Source of the DNA: Nemertoderma westbladi
Lineage: Eukaryota; Animalia; Xenacoelomorpha
DNA length: 64,000 nucleotides
Assembly (NCBI GenBank): GCA_032718475.1
Contig: JAUCBJ010008895.1
Span: 26,735-90,734, forward strand
Reading direction: 5' to 3'
Both the position numbers and the translations under genes were made by a program. Every line of letters begins with the position of its first letter. Within the stretch, counting starts at the first letter, position 1. Positions 15,401 through 30,400 of the stretch are shown here, one piece after another. Under the pieces are notes generated by a model. It searched no databases, had not been told where the DNA came from, and saw nothing but the letters and a program-made list of their open reading frames with translations.

Positions 15401-18400
15401 AAGTATAGCAGACTGCTGGAGAATGTTTCATTCTATAGTTGATAAGTACAGCAGACTGGCTGGAGAATGTTTCATTCTATAGTCGGTAAGTATAGCAGAC
15501 TGCTGGATAATGTTTTATTCTATAGTCGGTAAGTATAGCAGACTGGCTGGATAATGTTTTATTCTATAGTCGGTAAGTAGAGCAGACTGCTGGATAATGT
15601 TTTATTCTATAGTCGGTAAGTATAACAGACTGGCTGGATAATGTTTTATTCTATAGTCGGTAAGTAGAGCAGACTGCTGGATAATGTTTTATTCTATAGT
15701 CGGTAAGTATAGCAGACTGGCTGGTTAATGTTTTATTCTATAGTCGGTAAGTAGAGCAGACTGCTGGAGAATGTTTCATTCTATAGTCGGTAAGTATAGC
15801 AGACTGCTGGAGAATGTTTCATTCTATAGTTGATAAGTGCAGCAGATTGGCTGGAGAATGTGTCATTCTATAGTTGAAAAGTACAGCAGACTGGTTGGAT
15901 AATGTTTCATTCTATAGTTGATAAGTACATCAGACTGCTGGAGAATGTTTCATTCTATAGTCGGTAAGTATAGCAGACTGCTGGAGAAGGTTTCATTCTA
16001 TAGTTGATAAGTGCAGCAGACTGCTGGAGAATGTTTCATTCTATAGTCGGTAAGTATAGCAGACTGCTGGATAATGTTTTATTCTATAGTCGGTAAGTAT
16101 AGCAGACTGCTGGATAATGTTTTATTCTATAGTCGGTAAGTAGAGCAGACTGCTGGAGAATGTTTCATTCTATAGTCGGTAAGTATAGCAGACTGCTGGA
16201 GAATGTGTCATTCTATAGTTGATAAGTACAGCAGACTGGCTGGATAATGTTTCATTCTATAGTCGGTAATTATAGCAGACTGCTGGATAATGTTTCATTC
16301 TATAGTTGATAAGTGCAGCAGACTGCTGGAGAATGTTTCATTCTATAGTTGATAAGTACAGCAGACTGGCTGGATAATGTTTCATTCTATAGTCGGTAAG
16401 TATAGCAGACTGCTGGATAATGTTTCATTCTATAGTTGATAAGTACAGCAGACTGGCTGGATAATGTTTCATTCTATAGTCGGTAAGTATAGCAGACTGC
16501 TGGATAATGTTTCATTCTATAGTTGATAAGTGCAGCAGACTGCTGGAGAATGTTTCATTCTATAGTTGATAAGTACAGCAGACTGGCTGGATAATGTTTC
16601 ATTCTATAGTCGGTAAGTATAGCAGACTGCTGGATAATGTTTCATTCTATAGTCGGTAAGTATAGCAGACTGCTGGATAATGTTTCATTCTATAGTCGGT
16701 AAGTATAGCAGACTGGCTGGTTAATGTTTTATTCTATAGTCGGTAAGTAGAGCAGACTGCTGGAGAATGTTTCATTCTATAGTCGGTAAGTATAGCATAC
16801 TGCTGGAGAATGTTTCATTCTATAGTTGATAAGTGCAGCAGATTGGCTGGAGAATGTGTCATTCTATAGTTGAAAAGTACAGCAGACTGGTTGGATAATG
16901 TTTCATTCTATAGTTGATAAGTACATCAGACTGCTGGAGAATGTTTCATTCTATAGTCGGTAAGTATAGCAGACTGCTGGAGAAGGTTTCATTCTATAGT
17001 TGATAAGTGCAGCAGACTGCTGGAGAATGTTTCATTCTATAGTCGGTAAGTATAGCAGACTGCTGGATAATGTTTTATTCTATAGTCGGTAAGTATAGCA
17101 GACTGCTGGATAATGTTTTATTCTATAGTCGGTAAGTAGAGCAGACTGCTGGAGAATGTTTCATTCTATAGTCGGTAAGTATAGCAGACTGTTGGAGAAT
17201 GTGTCATTCTATAGTTGATAAGTACAGCAGACTGGCTGGATAATGTTTCATTCTATAGTCGGTAATTATAGCAGACTGCTGGATAATGTTTCATTCTATA
17301 GTTGATAAGTGCAGCAGACTGCTGGAGAATGTTTCATTCTATAGTTGATAAGTACAGCAGACTGGTTGGATAATGTTTCATTCTATAGTTGATAAGTACA
17401 TCAGACTGCTGGATAATGTTTCATTCTATAGTCGGTATGTATAGCAGACTGCTGGAGAATGTTTCATTATATAGTCGGTAAGTATAGCAGACTGTTGGAG
17501 AAGGTTTCATTCTATAGTCGGTAAGTACAGCAGACTGCTGGAGAATGTTTCATTCTATAGTCGGTAAGTATAGCAGACTGCTGGATAATGTTTTATTCTA
17601 TAGTCAGTAAGTATAGCAGACTGGCTGGATAATGTTTTTTTCTATAGTCGGTAAGTAGAGCAGACTGCTGGATAATGTTTCATTCTATAGTTGATAAGTA
17701 CAGCAGACTGGTTGGATAATATTTCATTCTATAGTTGATAAGTACATCAGACTGCTGGAGAATGTTTCATTCTATAGTCGGTAAGTATAGCAGACTGCTG
17801 GATAATGTTTTATTCTATAGTCGGTAAGTATAGCAGACTGCTGGAGAATGTTTCATTCTATAGTTGATAAGTACAGCAGACTGGCTGGAGAATGTTTCAT
17901 TCTATAGTCGGTAAGTATAGCAGACTGCTGGATAATGTTTTATTCTATAGTCGGTAAGTATAGCAGACTGGCTGGATAATGTTTTATTCTATAGTCGGTA
18001 AGTAGAGCAGACTGCTGGATAATGTTTTATTCTATAGTCGGTAAGTATAGCAGACTGGCTGGATAATGTTTTATTCTATAGTCGGTAAGTAGAGCAGACT
18101 GCTGGATAATGTTTTATTCTATAGTCGGTAAGTATAGCAGACTGGCTGGTTAATGTTTTATTCTATAGTTGGTAAGTAGAGCAGACTGCTGGAGAATGTT
18201 TCATTCTATAGTCGGTAAGTATAGCAGACTGCTGGAGAATGTTTCATTCTATAGTTGATAAGTGCAGCAGATTGGCTGGAGAATGTGTCATTCTATAGTT
18301 GAAAAGTACAGCAGACTGGTTGGATAATGTTTCATTCTATAGTTGATAAGTACATCAGACTGCTGGAGAATGTTTCATTCTATAGTCGGTAAGTATAGCA

Positions 18401-21400
18401 GACTGCTGGAGAAGGTTTCATTCTATAGTTGATAAGTGCAGCAGACTGCTGGAGAATGTTTCATTCTATAGTCGGTAAGTATAGCAGACTGCTGGATAAT
18501 GTTTTATTCTATAGTCGGTAAGTATAGCAGACTGCTGGATAATGTTTTATTCTATAGTCGGTAAGTAGAGCAGACTGCTGGAGAATGTTTCATTCTATAG
18601 TCGGTAAGTATAGCAGACTGCTGGAGAATGTGTCATTCTATAGTTGATAAGTACAGCAGACTGGCTGGATAATGTTTCATTCTATAGTCGGTAATTATAG
18701 CAGACTGCTGGATAATGTTTCATTCTATAGTTGATAAGTGCAGCAGACTGCTGGAGAATGTTTCATTCTATAGTTGATAAGTACAGCAGACTGGCTGGAT
18801 AATGTTTCATTCTATAGTCGGTAAGTATAGCAGACTGCTGGATAATGTTTCATTCTATAGTTGATAAGTACAGCAGACTGGCTGGATAATGTTTCATTCT
18901 ATAGTCGGTAAGTATAGCAGACTGCTGGATAATGTTTCATTCTATAGTTGATAAGTGCAGCAGACTGCTGGAGAATGTTTCATTCTATAGTTGATAAGTA
19001 CAGCAGACTGGCTGGATAATGTTTCATTCTATAGTTGTTAAGTACAGCAGACTGCTGGAGAATGTTTCATTCTATAGTTGATAAGTACAGCAGACTGCTG
19101 GAGAATGTTTCATTATATAGTCGGTAAGTATAGCAGACTGCTGGAGAATGTTTCATTCTATATTTAATAAGTACAGCAGACTGCTAGAGAATATTTTATT
19201 CTATAGTTGATAAGTATAGCAGACTGCTGGAGAATGTGTCATTCTATAGTTGATAAGTACAGCAGACTGGTTGGATAATGTTTCATTCTATAGTTGATAA
19301 GTACAGCAGACTGCTGGAGAATGTTTCATTCTATAGTCGGTAAGTACAGCAGACTGCTGGAGAATGTTTCATTCTATAGTTGATAAGTACAGCAGACTGG
19401 TTGGATAATGTTTCATTCTATAGTTGATAAGTACATCAGACTGCTGGATAATGTTTCATTCTATAGTCGGTAAGTATAGCAGACTGCTGGAGAATGTTTC
19501 ATTATATAGTCGGTAAGTATAGCAGACTGCTGGAGAAGGTTTCATTCTATATTTAATAAGTACAGCAGACTGCTAGAGAATATTTTATTCTATAGTTGAT
19601 AAGTGCAGCAGACTGCTGGAGAATGTGTCATTCTATAGTTGATAAGTACAGCAGACTGGTTGGATAATGTTTCATTCTATAGTTGATAAGTACATCAGAC
19701 TGCTGGATAATGTTTCATTCTATAGTCGGTAAGTATAGCAGACTGCTGGAGAATGTTTCATTATATAGTCGGTAAGTATAGCAGACTGCTGGAGAAGGTT
19801 TCATTCTATAGTCGGTAAGTACAGCAGACTGCTGGATAATGTTTTATTCTATAGTCGGTAAGTATAGCAGACTGGCTGGATAATGTTTTTTTCTATAGTC
19901 GGTAAGTAGAGCAGACTGCTGGATAATGTTTCATTCTATAGTTGATAAGTACAGCAGACTGGTTGGATAATGTTTCATTCTATAGTTGATAAGTACATCA
20001 GACTGCTGGAGAATGTTTCATTCTATAGTAGGTAAGTATAGCAGACTGCTGGATAATGTTTTATTCTATAGTCGGTAAGTATAGCAGACTGCTGGAGAAT
20101 GTTTCATTCTATAGTTGATAAGTACAGCAGACTGGCTGGAGAATGTTTCATTCTATAGTCGGTAAGTATAGCAGACTGCTGGATAATGTTTTATTCTATA
20201 GTCGGTAAGTATAGCAGACTGGCTGGATAATGTTTTATTCTATAGTCGGTAAGTAGAGCAGACTGCTGGATAATGTTTTATTCTATAGTCGGTAAGTATA
20301 GCAGACTGGCTGGATAATGTTTTATTCTATAGTCGGTAAGTAGAGCAGACTGCTGGATAATGTTTTATTCTATAGTCGGTAAGTATAGCAGACTGGCTGG
20401 TTAATGTTTTATTCTATAGTCGGTAAGTAGAGCAGACTGCTGGAGAATGTTTCATTCTATAGTCGGTAAGTATAGCAGACTGCTGGAGAATGTTTCATTC
20501 TATAGTTGATAAGTGCAGCAGATTGGCTGGAGAATGTGTCATTCTATAGTTGAAAAGTACAGCAGACTGGTTGGATAATGTTTCATTCTATAGTTGATAA
20601 GTACATCAGACTGCTGGAGAATGTGTCATTCTATAGTTGATAAGTACAGCAGACTGGTTGGATAATGTTTCATTCTATAGTTGATAAGTACATCAGACTG
20701 CTGGATAATGTTTCATTCTATAGTCGGTAAGTATAGCAGACTGCTGGAGAATGTTTCATTATATAGTCGGTAAGTATAGCAGACTGCTGGAGAAGGTTTC
20801 ATTCTATAGTCGGTAAGTACAGCAGACTGCTGGATAATGTTTTATTCTATAGTCGGTAAGTATAGCAGACTGGCTGGATAATGTTTTTTTCTATAGTCGG
20901 TAAGTAGAGCAGACTGCTGGATAATGTTTCATTCTATAGTTGATAAGTACAGCAGACTGGTTGGATAATGTTTCATTCTATAGTTGATAAGTACATCAGA
21001 CTGCTGGAGAATGTTTCATTCTATAGTAGGTAAGTATAGCAGACTGCTGGATAATGTTTTATTCTATAGTCGGTAAGTATAGCAGACTGCTGGAGAATGT
21101 TTCATTCTATAGTTGATAAGTACAGCAGACTGGCTGGAGAATGTTTCATTCTATAGTCGGTAAGTATAGCAGACTGCTGGATAATGTTTTATTCTATAGT
21201 CGGTAAGTATAGCAGACTGGCTGGATAATGTTTTATTCTATAGTCGGTAAGTAGAGCAGACTGCTGGATAATGTTTTATTCTATAGTCGGTAAGTATAGC
21301 AGACTGGCTGGATAATGTTTTATTCTATAGTCGGTAAGTAGAGCAGACTGCTGGATAATGTTTTATTCTATAGTCGGTAAGTATAGCAGACTGGCTGGTT

Positions 21401-24400
21401 AATGTTTTATTCTATAGTCGGTAAGTAGAGCAGACTGCTGGAGAATGTTTCATTCTATAGTCGGTAAGTATAGCAGACTGCTGGAGAATGTTTCATTCTA
21501 TAGTTGATAAGTGCAGCAGATTGGCTGGAGAATGTGTCATTCTATAGTTGAAAAGTACAGCAGACTGGTTGGATAATGTTTCATTCTATAGTTGATAAGT
21601 ACATCAGACTGCTGGAGAATGTTTCATTCTATAGTCGGTAAGTATAGCAGACTGCTGGAGAAGGTTTCATTCTATAGTTGATAAGTGCAGCAGACTGCTG
21701 GAGAATGTTTCATTCTATAGTCGGTAAGTATAGCAGACTGCTGGATAATGTTTTATTCTATAGTCGGTAAGTATAGCAGACTGCTGGATAATGTTTTATT
21801 CTATAGTCGGTAAGTAGAGCAGACTGCTGGAGAATGTTTCATTCTATAGTCGGTAAGTATAGCAGACTGCTGGAGAATGTGTCATTCTATAGTTGATAAG
21901 TACAGCAGACTGGCTGGATAATGTTTCATTCTATAGTCGGTAACTATAGCAGACTGCTGGATAATGTTTCATTCTATAGTTGATAAGTGCAGCAGACTGC
22001 TGGAGAATGTTTCATTCTATAGTTGATAAGTACAGCAGACTGGCTGGATAATGTTTCATTCTATAGTCGGTAAGTATAGCAGACTGCTGGATAATGTTTC
22101 ATTCTATAGTTGATAAGTACAGCAGACTGGCTGGATAATGTTTCATTCTATAGTCGGTAAGTATAGCAGACTGCTGGATAATGTTTCATTCTATAGTTGA
22201 TAAGTGCAGCAGACTGCTGGAGAATGTTTCATTCTATAGTTGATAAGTACAGCAGACTGGCTGGATAATGTTTCATTCTATAGTCGGTAAGTATAGCAGA
22301 CTGCTGGATAATGTTTCATTCTATAGTCGGTAAGTATAGCAGACTGCTGGATAATGTTTCATTCTATAGTCGGTAAGTATAGCAGACTGGCTGGTTAATG
22401 TTTTATTCTATAGTCGGTAAGTAGAGCAGACTGCTGGAGAATGTTTCATTCTATAGTCGGTAAGTATAGCATACTGCTGGAGAATGTTTCATTCTATAGT
22501 TGATAAGTGCAGCAGATTGGCTGGAGAATGTGTCATTCTATAGTTGAAAAGTACAGCAGACTGGTTGGATAATGTTTCATTCTATAGTTGATAAGTACAT
22601 CAGACTGCTGGAGAATGTTTCATTCTATAGTCGGTAAGTATAGCAGACTGCTGGAGAAGGTTTCATTCTATAGTTGATAAGTGCAGCAGACTGCTGGAGA
22701 ATGTTTCATTCTATAGTCGGTAAGTATAGCAGACTGCTGGATAATGTTTTATTCTATAGTCGGTAAGTATAGCAGACTGCTGGATAATGTTTTATTCTAT
22801 AGTCGGTAAGTAGAGCAGACTGCTGGAGAATGTTTCATTCTATAGTCGGTAAGTATAGCAGACTGTTGGAGAATGTGTCATTCTATAGTTGATAAGTACA
22901 GCAGACTGGCTGGATAATGTTTCATTCTATAGTCGGTAATTATAGCAGACTGCTGGATAATGTTTCATTCTATAGTTGATAAGTGCAGCAGACTGCTGGA
23001 GAATGTTTCATTCTATAGTTGATAAGTACAGCAGACTGGTTGGATAATGTTTCATTCTATAGTTGATAAGTACATCAGACTGCTGGATAATGTTTCATTC
23101 TATAGTCGGTAAGTATAGCAGACTGCTGGAGAATGTTTCATTATATAGTCGGTAAGTATAGCATACTGTTGGAGAAGGTTTCATTCTATAGTCGGTAAGT
23201 ACAGCAGACTGCTGGAGAATGTTTCATTCTATAGTCGGTAAGTATAGCAGACTGCTGGATAATGTTTTATTCTATAGTCAGTAAGTATAGCAGACTGGCT
23301 GGATAATGTTTTTTTCTATAGTCGGTAAGTAGAGCAGACTGCTGGATAATGTTTCATTCTATAGTTGATAAGTACAGCAGACTGGTTGGATAATATTTCA
23401 TTCTATAGTTGATAAGTACATCAGACTGCTGGAGAATGTTTCATTCTATAGTCGGTAAGTATAGCAGACTGCTGGATAATGTTTTATTCTATAGTCGGTA
23501 AGTATAGCAGACTGCTGGAGAATGTTTCATTCTATAGTTGATAAGTACAGCAGACTGGCTGGAGAATGTTTCATTCTATAGTCGGTAAGTATAGCAGACT
23601 GCTGGATAATGTTTTATTCTATAGTCGGTAAGTATAGCAGACTGGCTGGATAATGTTTTATTCTATAGTCGGTAAGTAGAGCAGACTGCTGGATAATGTT
23701 TTATTCTATAGTCGGTAAGTATAGCAGAATGGCTGGATAATGTTTTATTCTATAGTCGGTAAGTAGAGCAGACTGCTGGATAATGTTTTATTCTATAGTC
23801 GGTAAGTATAGCAGACTGGCTGGTTAATGTTTTATTCTATAGTCGGTAAGTAGAGCAGACTGCTGGAGAATGTTTCATTCTATAGTCGGTAAGTATAGCA
23901 GACTGCTGGAGAATGTTTCATTCTATAGTTGATAAGTGCAGCAGATTGGCTGGAGAATGTGTCATTCTATAGTTGAAAAGTACAGCAGACTGGTTGGATA
24001 ATGTTTCATTCTATAGTTGATAAGTACATCAGACTGCTGGAGAATGTTTCATTCTATAGTCGGTAAGTATAGCAGACTGCTGGAGAAGGTTTCATTCTAT
24101 AGTTGATAAGTGCAGCAGACTGCTGGAGAATGTTTCATTCTATAGTCGGTAAGTATAGCAGACTGCTGGATAATGTTTTATTCTATAGTCGGTAAGTATA
24201 GCAGAATGCTGGATAATGTTTTATTCTATAGTCGGTAAGTAGAGCAGACTGCTGGAGAATGTTTCATTCTATAGTCGGTAAGTATAGCAGACTGCTGGAG
24301 AATGTGTCATTCTATAGTTGATAAGTACAGCAGACTGGCTGGATAATGTTTCATTCTATAGTCGGTAATTATAGCAGACTGCTGGATAATGTTTCATTCT

Positions 24401-27400
24401 ATAGTTGATAAGTGCAGCAGACTGCTGGAGAATGTTTCATTCTATAGTTGATAAGTACAGCAGACTGGCTGGATAATGATTCATTCTATAGTCGGTAAGT
24501 ATAGCAGACTGCTGGATAATGTTTCATTCTATAGTTGATAAGTACAGCAGACTGGCTGGATAATGTTTCATTCTATAGTCGGTAAGTATAGCAGACTGCT
24601 GGATAATGTTTCATTCTATAGTTGATAAGTGCAGCAGACTGCTGGAGAATGTTTCATTCTATAGTTGATAAGTACAGCAGACTGGCTGGATAATGTTTCA
24701 TTCTATAGTCGGTAAGTATAGCAGACTGCTGGATAATGTTTCATTCTATAGTCGGTAAGTATAGCAGACTGCTTTATAATGTTTCATTCTATAGTCAGTA
24801 AGTATAGCAGACTGGCTGGTTAATGTTTTATTCTATAGTCGGTAAGTAGAGCAGACTGCTGGAGAATGTTTCATTCTATAGTCGGTAAGTATAGCAGACT
24901 GCTGGAGAATGTTTCATTCTATAGTTGATAAGTGCAGCAGATTGGCTGGAGAATGTGTCATTCTATAGTTGAAAAGTACAGCAGACTGGTTGGATAATGT
25001 TTCATTCTATAGTTGATAAGTACATCAGACTGCTGGAGAATGTTTCATTCTATAGTCGGTAAGTATAGCAGACTGCTGGAGAAGGTTTCATTCTATAGTT
25101 GATAAGTGCAGCAGACTGCTGGAGAATGTTTCATTCTATAGTCGGTAAGTATAGCAGACTGCTGGATAATGTTTTATTCTATAGTCGGTAAGTATAGCAG
25201 ACTGGCTGGTTAATGTTTTATTCTATAGTCGGTAAGTAGAGCAGACTGCTGGAGAATGTTTCATTCTATAGTCGGTAAGTATAGCAGACTGCTGGAGAAT
25301 GTTTCATTCTATAGTTGATAAGTGCAGCAGATTGGCTGGAGAATGTGTCATTCTATAGTTGAAAAGTACAGCAGACTGGTTGGATAATGTTTCATTCTAT
25401 AGTTGATAAGTACATCAGACTGCTGGAGAATGTTTCATTCTATAGTCGGTAAGTATAGCAGACTGCTGGATAATGTTTTATTCTATAGTCGGTAAGTATA
25501 GCAGACTGCTGGATAATGTTTTATTGTATAGTCGGTAAGTAGAGCAGACTGCTGGAGAATGTTTCATTCTATAGTCGGTAAGTATAGCAGACTGCTGGAG
25601 AATGTGTCATTCTATAGTTGATAAGTACAGCAGACTGGCTGGATAATGTTTCATTCTATAGTCGGTAATTATAGCAGACTGCTGGATAATGTTTCATTCT
25701 ATAGTTGATAAGTGCAGCAGACTGCTGGAGAATGTTTCATTCTATAGTTGATAAGTACAGCAGACTGGCTGGATAATGTTTCATTCTATAGTCGGTAAGT
25801 ATAGCAGACTGCGGGATAATGTTTCATTCTATAGTTGATAAGTACAGCAGACTGGCTGGATAATGTTTCATTCTATAGTCGGTAAGTATAGCAGACTGCT
25901 GGATAATGTTTCATTCTAAAGTTGATAAGTGCAGCAGACTGCTGGAGAATGTTTCATTCTATAGTTGATAAGTACAGCAGACTGGCTGGATAATGTTTCA
26001 TTCTATAGTCGGTAAGTATAGCAGACTGCTGGATAATGTTTCATTCTATAGTCGGTAAGTATAGCAGACTGCTGGATAATGTTTCATTCTATAGTCGGGA
26101 AGTATAGCAGACTGGCTGGTTAATGTTTTATTCTATAGTCGGTAAGTAGAGCAGACTGCTGGAGAATGTTTCATTCTATAGTCGGTAAGTATAGCAGACT
26201 GCTGGAGAATGTTTCATTCTATAGTTGATAAGTGCAGCAGATTGGCTGGAGAATGTGTCATTCTATAGTTGAAAAGTACAGCAGACTGGTTGGATAATGT
26301 TTCATTCTATAGTTGATAAGTACATCAGACTGCTGGAGAATGTTTCATTCTATAGTCGGTAAGTATAGCAGACTGCTGCTGAAGGTTTCATTCTATAGTT
26401 GATAAGTGCAGCAGACTGCTGGAGAATGTTTCATTCTATAGTCGGTAAGTATAGCAGACTGCTGGATAATGTTTTATTCTATAGTCGGTAAGTATAGCAG
26501 ACTGCTGGATAATGTTTTATTCTATAGTCGGTAAGTAGAGCAGACTGCTGGAGAATGTTTCATTCTATAGTCGGTAAGTATAGCAGACTGTTGGAGAATG
26601 TGTCATTCTATAGTTGATAAGTACAGCAGACTGGCTGGATAATGATTCATTCTATATTCGGTAAGTATAGCAGACTGCTGGATAATGTTTCATTCTATAG
26701 TTGATAAGTACAGCAGACTGGCTGGATAATGTTTCATTCTATAGTCGGTAAGTATAGCAGACTGCTGGATAATGTTTCATTCTATAGTTGATAAGTGCAG
26801 CAGACTGCTGGAGAATGTTTCATTCTATAGTTGATAAGTACAGCAGACTGGCTGGATAATGTTTCATTCTATAGTCGGTAAGTATAGCAGACTGCTGGAT
26901 AATGTTTCATTCTATAGTCGGTAAGTATAGCAGACTGCTGTATAATGTTTCATTCTATAGTCGGTAAGTATAGCAGACTTGCTGGTTAATGTTTTATTCT
27001 ATAGTCGGTAAGTAGAGCAGACTGCTGGAGAATGTTTCATTCTATAGTCGGTAAGTATAGCAGACTGCTGGAGAATGTTTCATTCTATAGTTGATAAGTG
27101 CAGCAGATTGGCTGGAGAATGTGTCATTCTATAGTTGAAAAGTACAGCAGACTGGTTGGATAATGTTTTATTCTATAGTTGATAAGTACATCAGACTGCT
27201 GGAGAATGCTTCATTCTATAGTCGGTAAGTATAGCAGACTGCTGGAGAAGGTTTCATTCTATAGTTGATAAGTGCAGCAGACTGCTGGAGAATGTTTCAT
27301 TCTATAGTCGGTAAGTATAGCAGACTGCTGGATAATGTTTTATTCTATAGTCGGTAAGTATAGCAGACTGCTGGATAATGTTTTATTCTATAGTCGGTAA

Positions 27401-30400
27401 GTAGAGCAGACTGCTGGAGAATGTTTCATTCTATAGTCGGTAAGTATAGCAGACTGTTGGAGAATGTGTCATTCTATAGTTGATAAGTACAGCAGACTGG
27501 CTGGATAATGTTTCATTCTATAGTCGGTAATTATAGCAGACTGCTGGATAATGTTTCATTCTATAGTTGATAAGTGCAGCAGACTGCTGGAGAATGTTTC
27601 ATTCTATAGTTGATAAGTACAGCAGACTGGCTGGATAATGTTTCATTCTATAGTCGGTAAGTATAGCAGACTGCTGGATAATGTTTCATTCTATAGTCAG
27701 TAAGTATATCAGACTGCTGGATAATGTTTCATTCTATAGTTGATAAGTACAGCAGACTGGCTGGATAATGTTTCATTCTATAGTCGGTAAGTATAGCAGA
27801 CTGCTGGATAATGTTTCATTCTATAGTTGATAAGTGCAGCAGACTGCTGGAGAATGTTCCATTCTATAGTTGATAAGTACAGCAGACTGGCTGGATAATG
27901 TTTCATTCTATAGTCGGTAAGTATAGCAGACTGCTGGATAATGTTTCATTCTATAGTTGATAAGTGCAGCAGACTGCTGGAGAATGTTTCATTCTATAGT
28001 TGATAAGTACAGCAGACTGGCTGGATAATGTTTCATTCTATAGTCGGTAAGTATAGCAGACTGCTGGATAATGTTTCATTCTATAGTTGATAAGTACAGC
28101 AGACTGGCTGGATAATGTTTCATTCTATAGTCGGTAAGTATAGCAGACTGCTGGATAATGTTTCATTCTATAGTTGATAAGTGCAGCAGACTGCTGGAGA
28201 ATGTTTCATTCTATAGTTGATAAGTACAGCAGACTGGCTGGATAATGTTTCATTCTATAGTCAGTAAGTATAGCAGACTGCTGGATAATGTTTTATTCTA
28301 CAGTCGGTAAGTATAGCAGACTGCTGGATAATGTTTTATTCTATAGTCGGTAAGTAGATCAGACTGCTGGAGAATGTTTCATTCTATAGTCGGTAAGTAT
28401 AGCAGACTGCTGGAGAATGTGTCATTCTATAGTTGATAAGTACAGCAGACTGGCTGGATAATGTTTCATTCTATAGTCGGTAATTATAGCAGACTGCTGG
28501 ATAATGTTTCATTCTATAGTTGATAAGTACATCAGACTGCTGGAGAATGTTTCATTCTATAGTCGGTAAGTATAGCAGACTGCTGCTGAAGGTTTCATTC
28601 TATAGTTGATAAGTGCAGCAGACTGCTGGAGAATGTTTCATTCTATAGTCGGGAAGTATAGCAGACTGCTGGATAATGTTTTATTCTATAGTCGGTAAGT
28701 ATAGCAGACTGCTGGATAATGTTTTATTCTATAGTCGGTAAGTAGAGCAGACTGCTGGAGAATGTTTCATTCTATAGTCGGTAAGTATAGCAGACTGTTG
28801 GAGAATGTGTCATTCTATAGTTGATAAGTACAGCAGACTGGCTGGATAATGATTCATTCTATATTCGGTAAGTATAGCAGACTGCTGGATAATGTTTCAT
28901 TCTATAGTTGATAAGTACAGCAGACTGGCTGGATAATGTTTCATTCTATAGTCGGTAAGTATAGCAGACTGCTGGATAATGTTTCATTCTATAGTTGATA
29001 AGTGCAGCAGACTGCTGGAGAATGTTTCATTCTATAGTTGATAAGTACAGCAGACTGGCTGGATAATGTTTCATTCTATAGTCGGTAAGTATAGCAGACT
29101 GCTGGATAATGTTTCATTCTATAGTCGGTAAGTATAGCAGACTGCTGTATAATGTTTCATTCTATAGTCGGTAAGTATAGCAGACTTGCTGGTTAATGTT
29201 TTATTCTATAGTCGGTAAGTAGAGCAGACTGCTGGAGAATGTTTCATTCTATAGTCGGTAAGTATAGCAGACTGCTGGAGAATGTTTCATTCTATAGTTG
29301 ATAAGTGCAGCAGATTGGCTGGAGAATGTGTCATTCTATAGTTGAAAAGTACAGCAGACTGGTTGGATAATGTTTTATTCTATAGTTGATAAGTACATCA
29401 GACTGCTGGAGAATGTTTCATTCTATAGTCGGTAAGTATAGCAGACTGCTGGAGAAGGTTTCATTCTATAGTTGATAAGTGCAGCAGACTGCTGGAGAAT
29501 GTTTCATTCTATAGTCGGTAAGTATAGCAGACTGCTGGATAATGTTTTATTCTATAGTCGGTAAGTATAGCAGACTGCTGGATAATGTTTTATTCTATAG
29601 TCGGTAAGTAGAGCAGACTGCTGGAGAATGTTTCATTCTATAGTCGGTAAGTATAGCAGACTGTTGGAGAATGTGTCATTCTATAGTTGATAAGTACAGC
29701 AGACTGGCTGGATAATGTTTCATTCTATAGTCGGTAATTATAGCAGACTGCTGGATAATGTTTCATTCTATAGTTGATAAGTGCAGCAGACTGCTGGAGA
29801 ATGTTTCATTCTATAGTTGATAAGTACAGCAGACTGGCTGGATAATGTTTCATTCTATAGTCGGTAAGTATAGCAGACTGCTGGATAATGTTTCATTCTA
29901 TAGTCGGTAAGTATATCAGACTGCTGGATAATGTTTCATTCTATAGTTGATAAGTACAGCAGACTGGCTGGATAATGTTTCATTCTATAGTCGGTAAGTA
30001 TAGCAGACTGCTGGATAATGTTTCATTCTATAGTTGATAAGTGCAGCAGACTGCTGGAGAATGTTCCATTCTATAGTTGATAAGTACAGCAGACTGGCTG
30101 GATAATGTTTCATTCTATAGTCGGTAAGTATAGCAGACTGCTGGATAATGTTTCATTCTATAGTTGATAAGTGCAGCAGACTGCTGGAGAATGTTTCATT
30201 CTATAGTTGATAAGTACAGCAGACTGGCTGGATAATGTTTCATTCTATAGTCGGTAAGTATAGCAGACTGCTGGATAATGTTTCATTCTATAGTTGATAA
30301 GTACAGCAGACTGGCTGGATAATGTTTCATTCTATAGTCGGTAAGTATAGCAGACTGCTGGATAATGTTTCATTCTATAGTTGATAAGTGCAGCAGACTG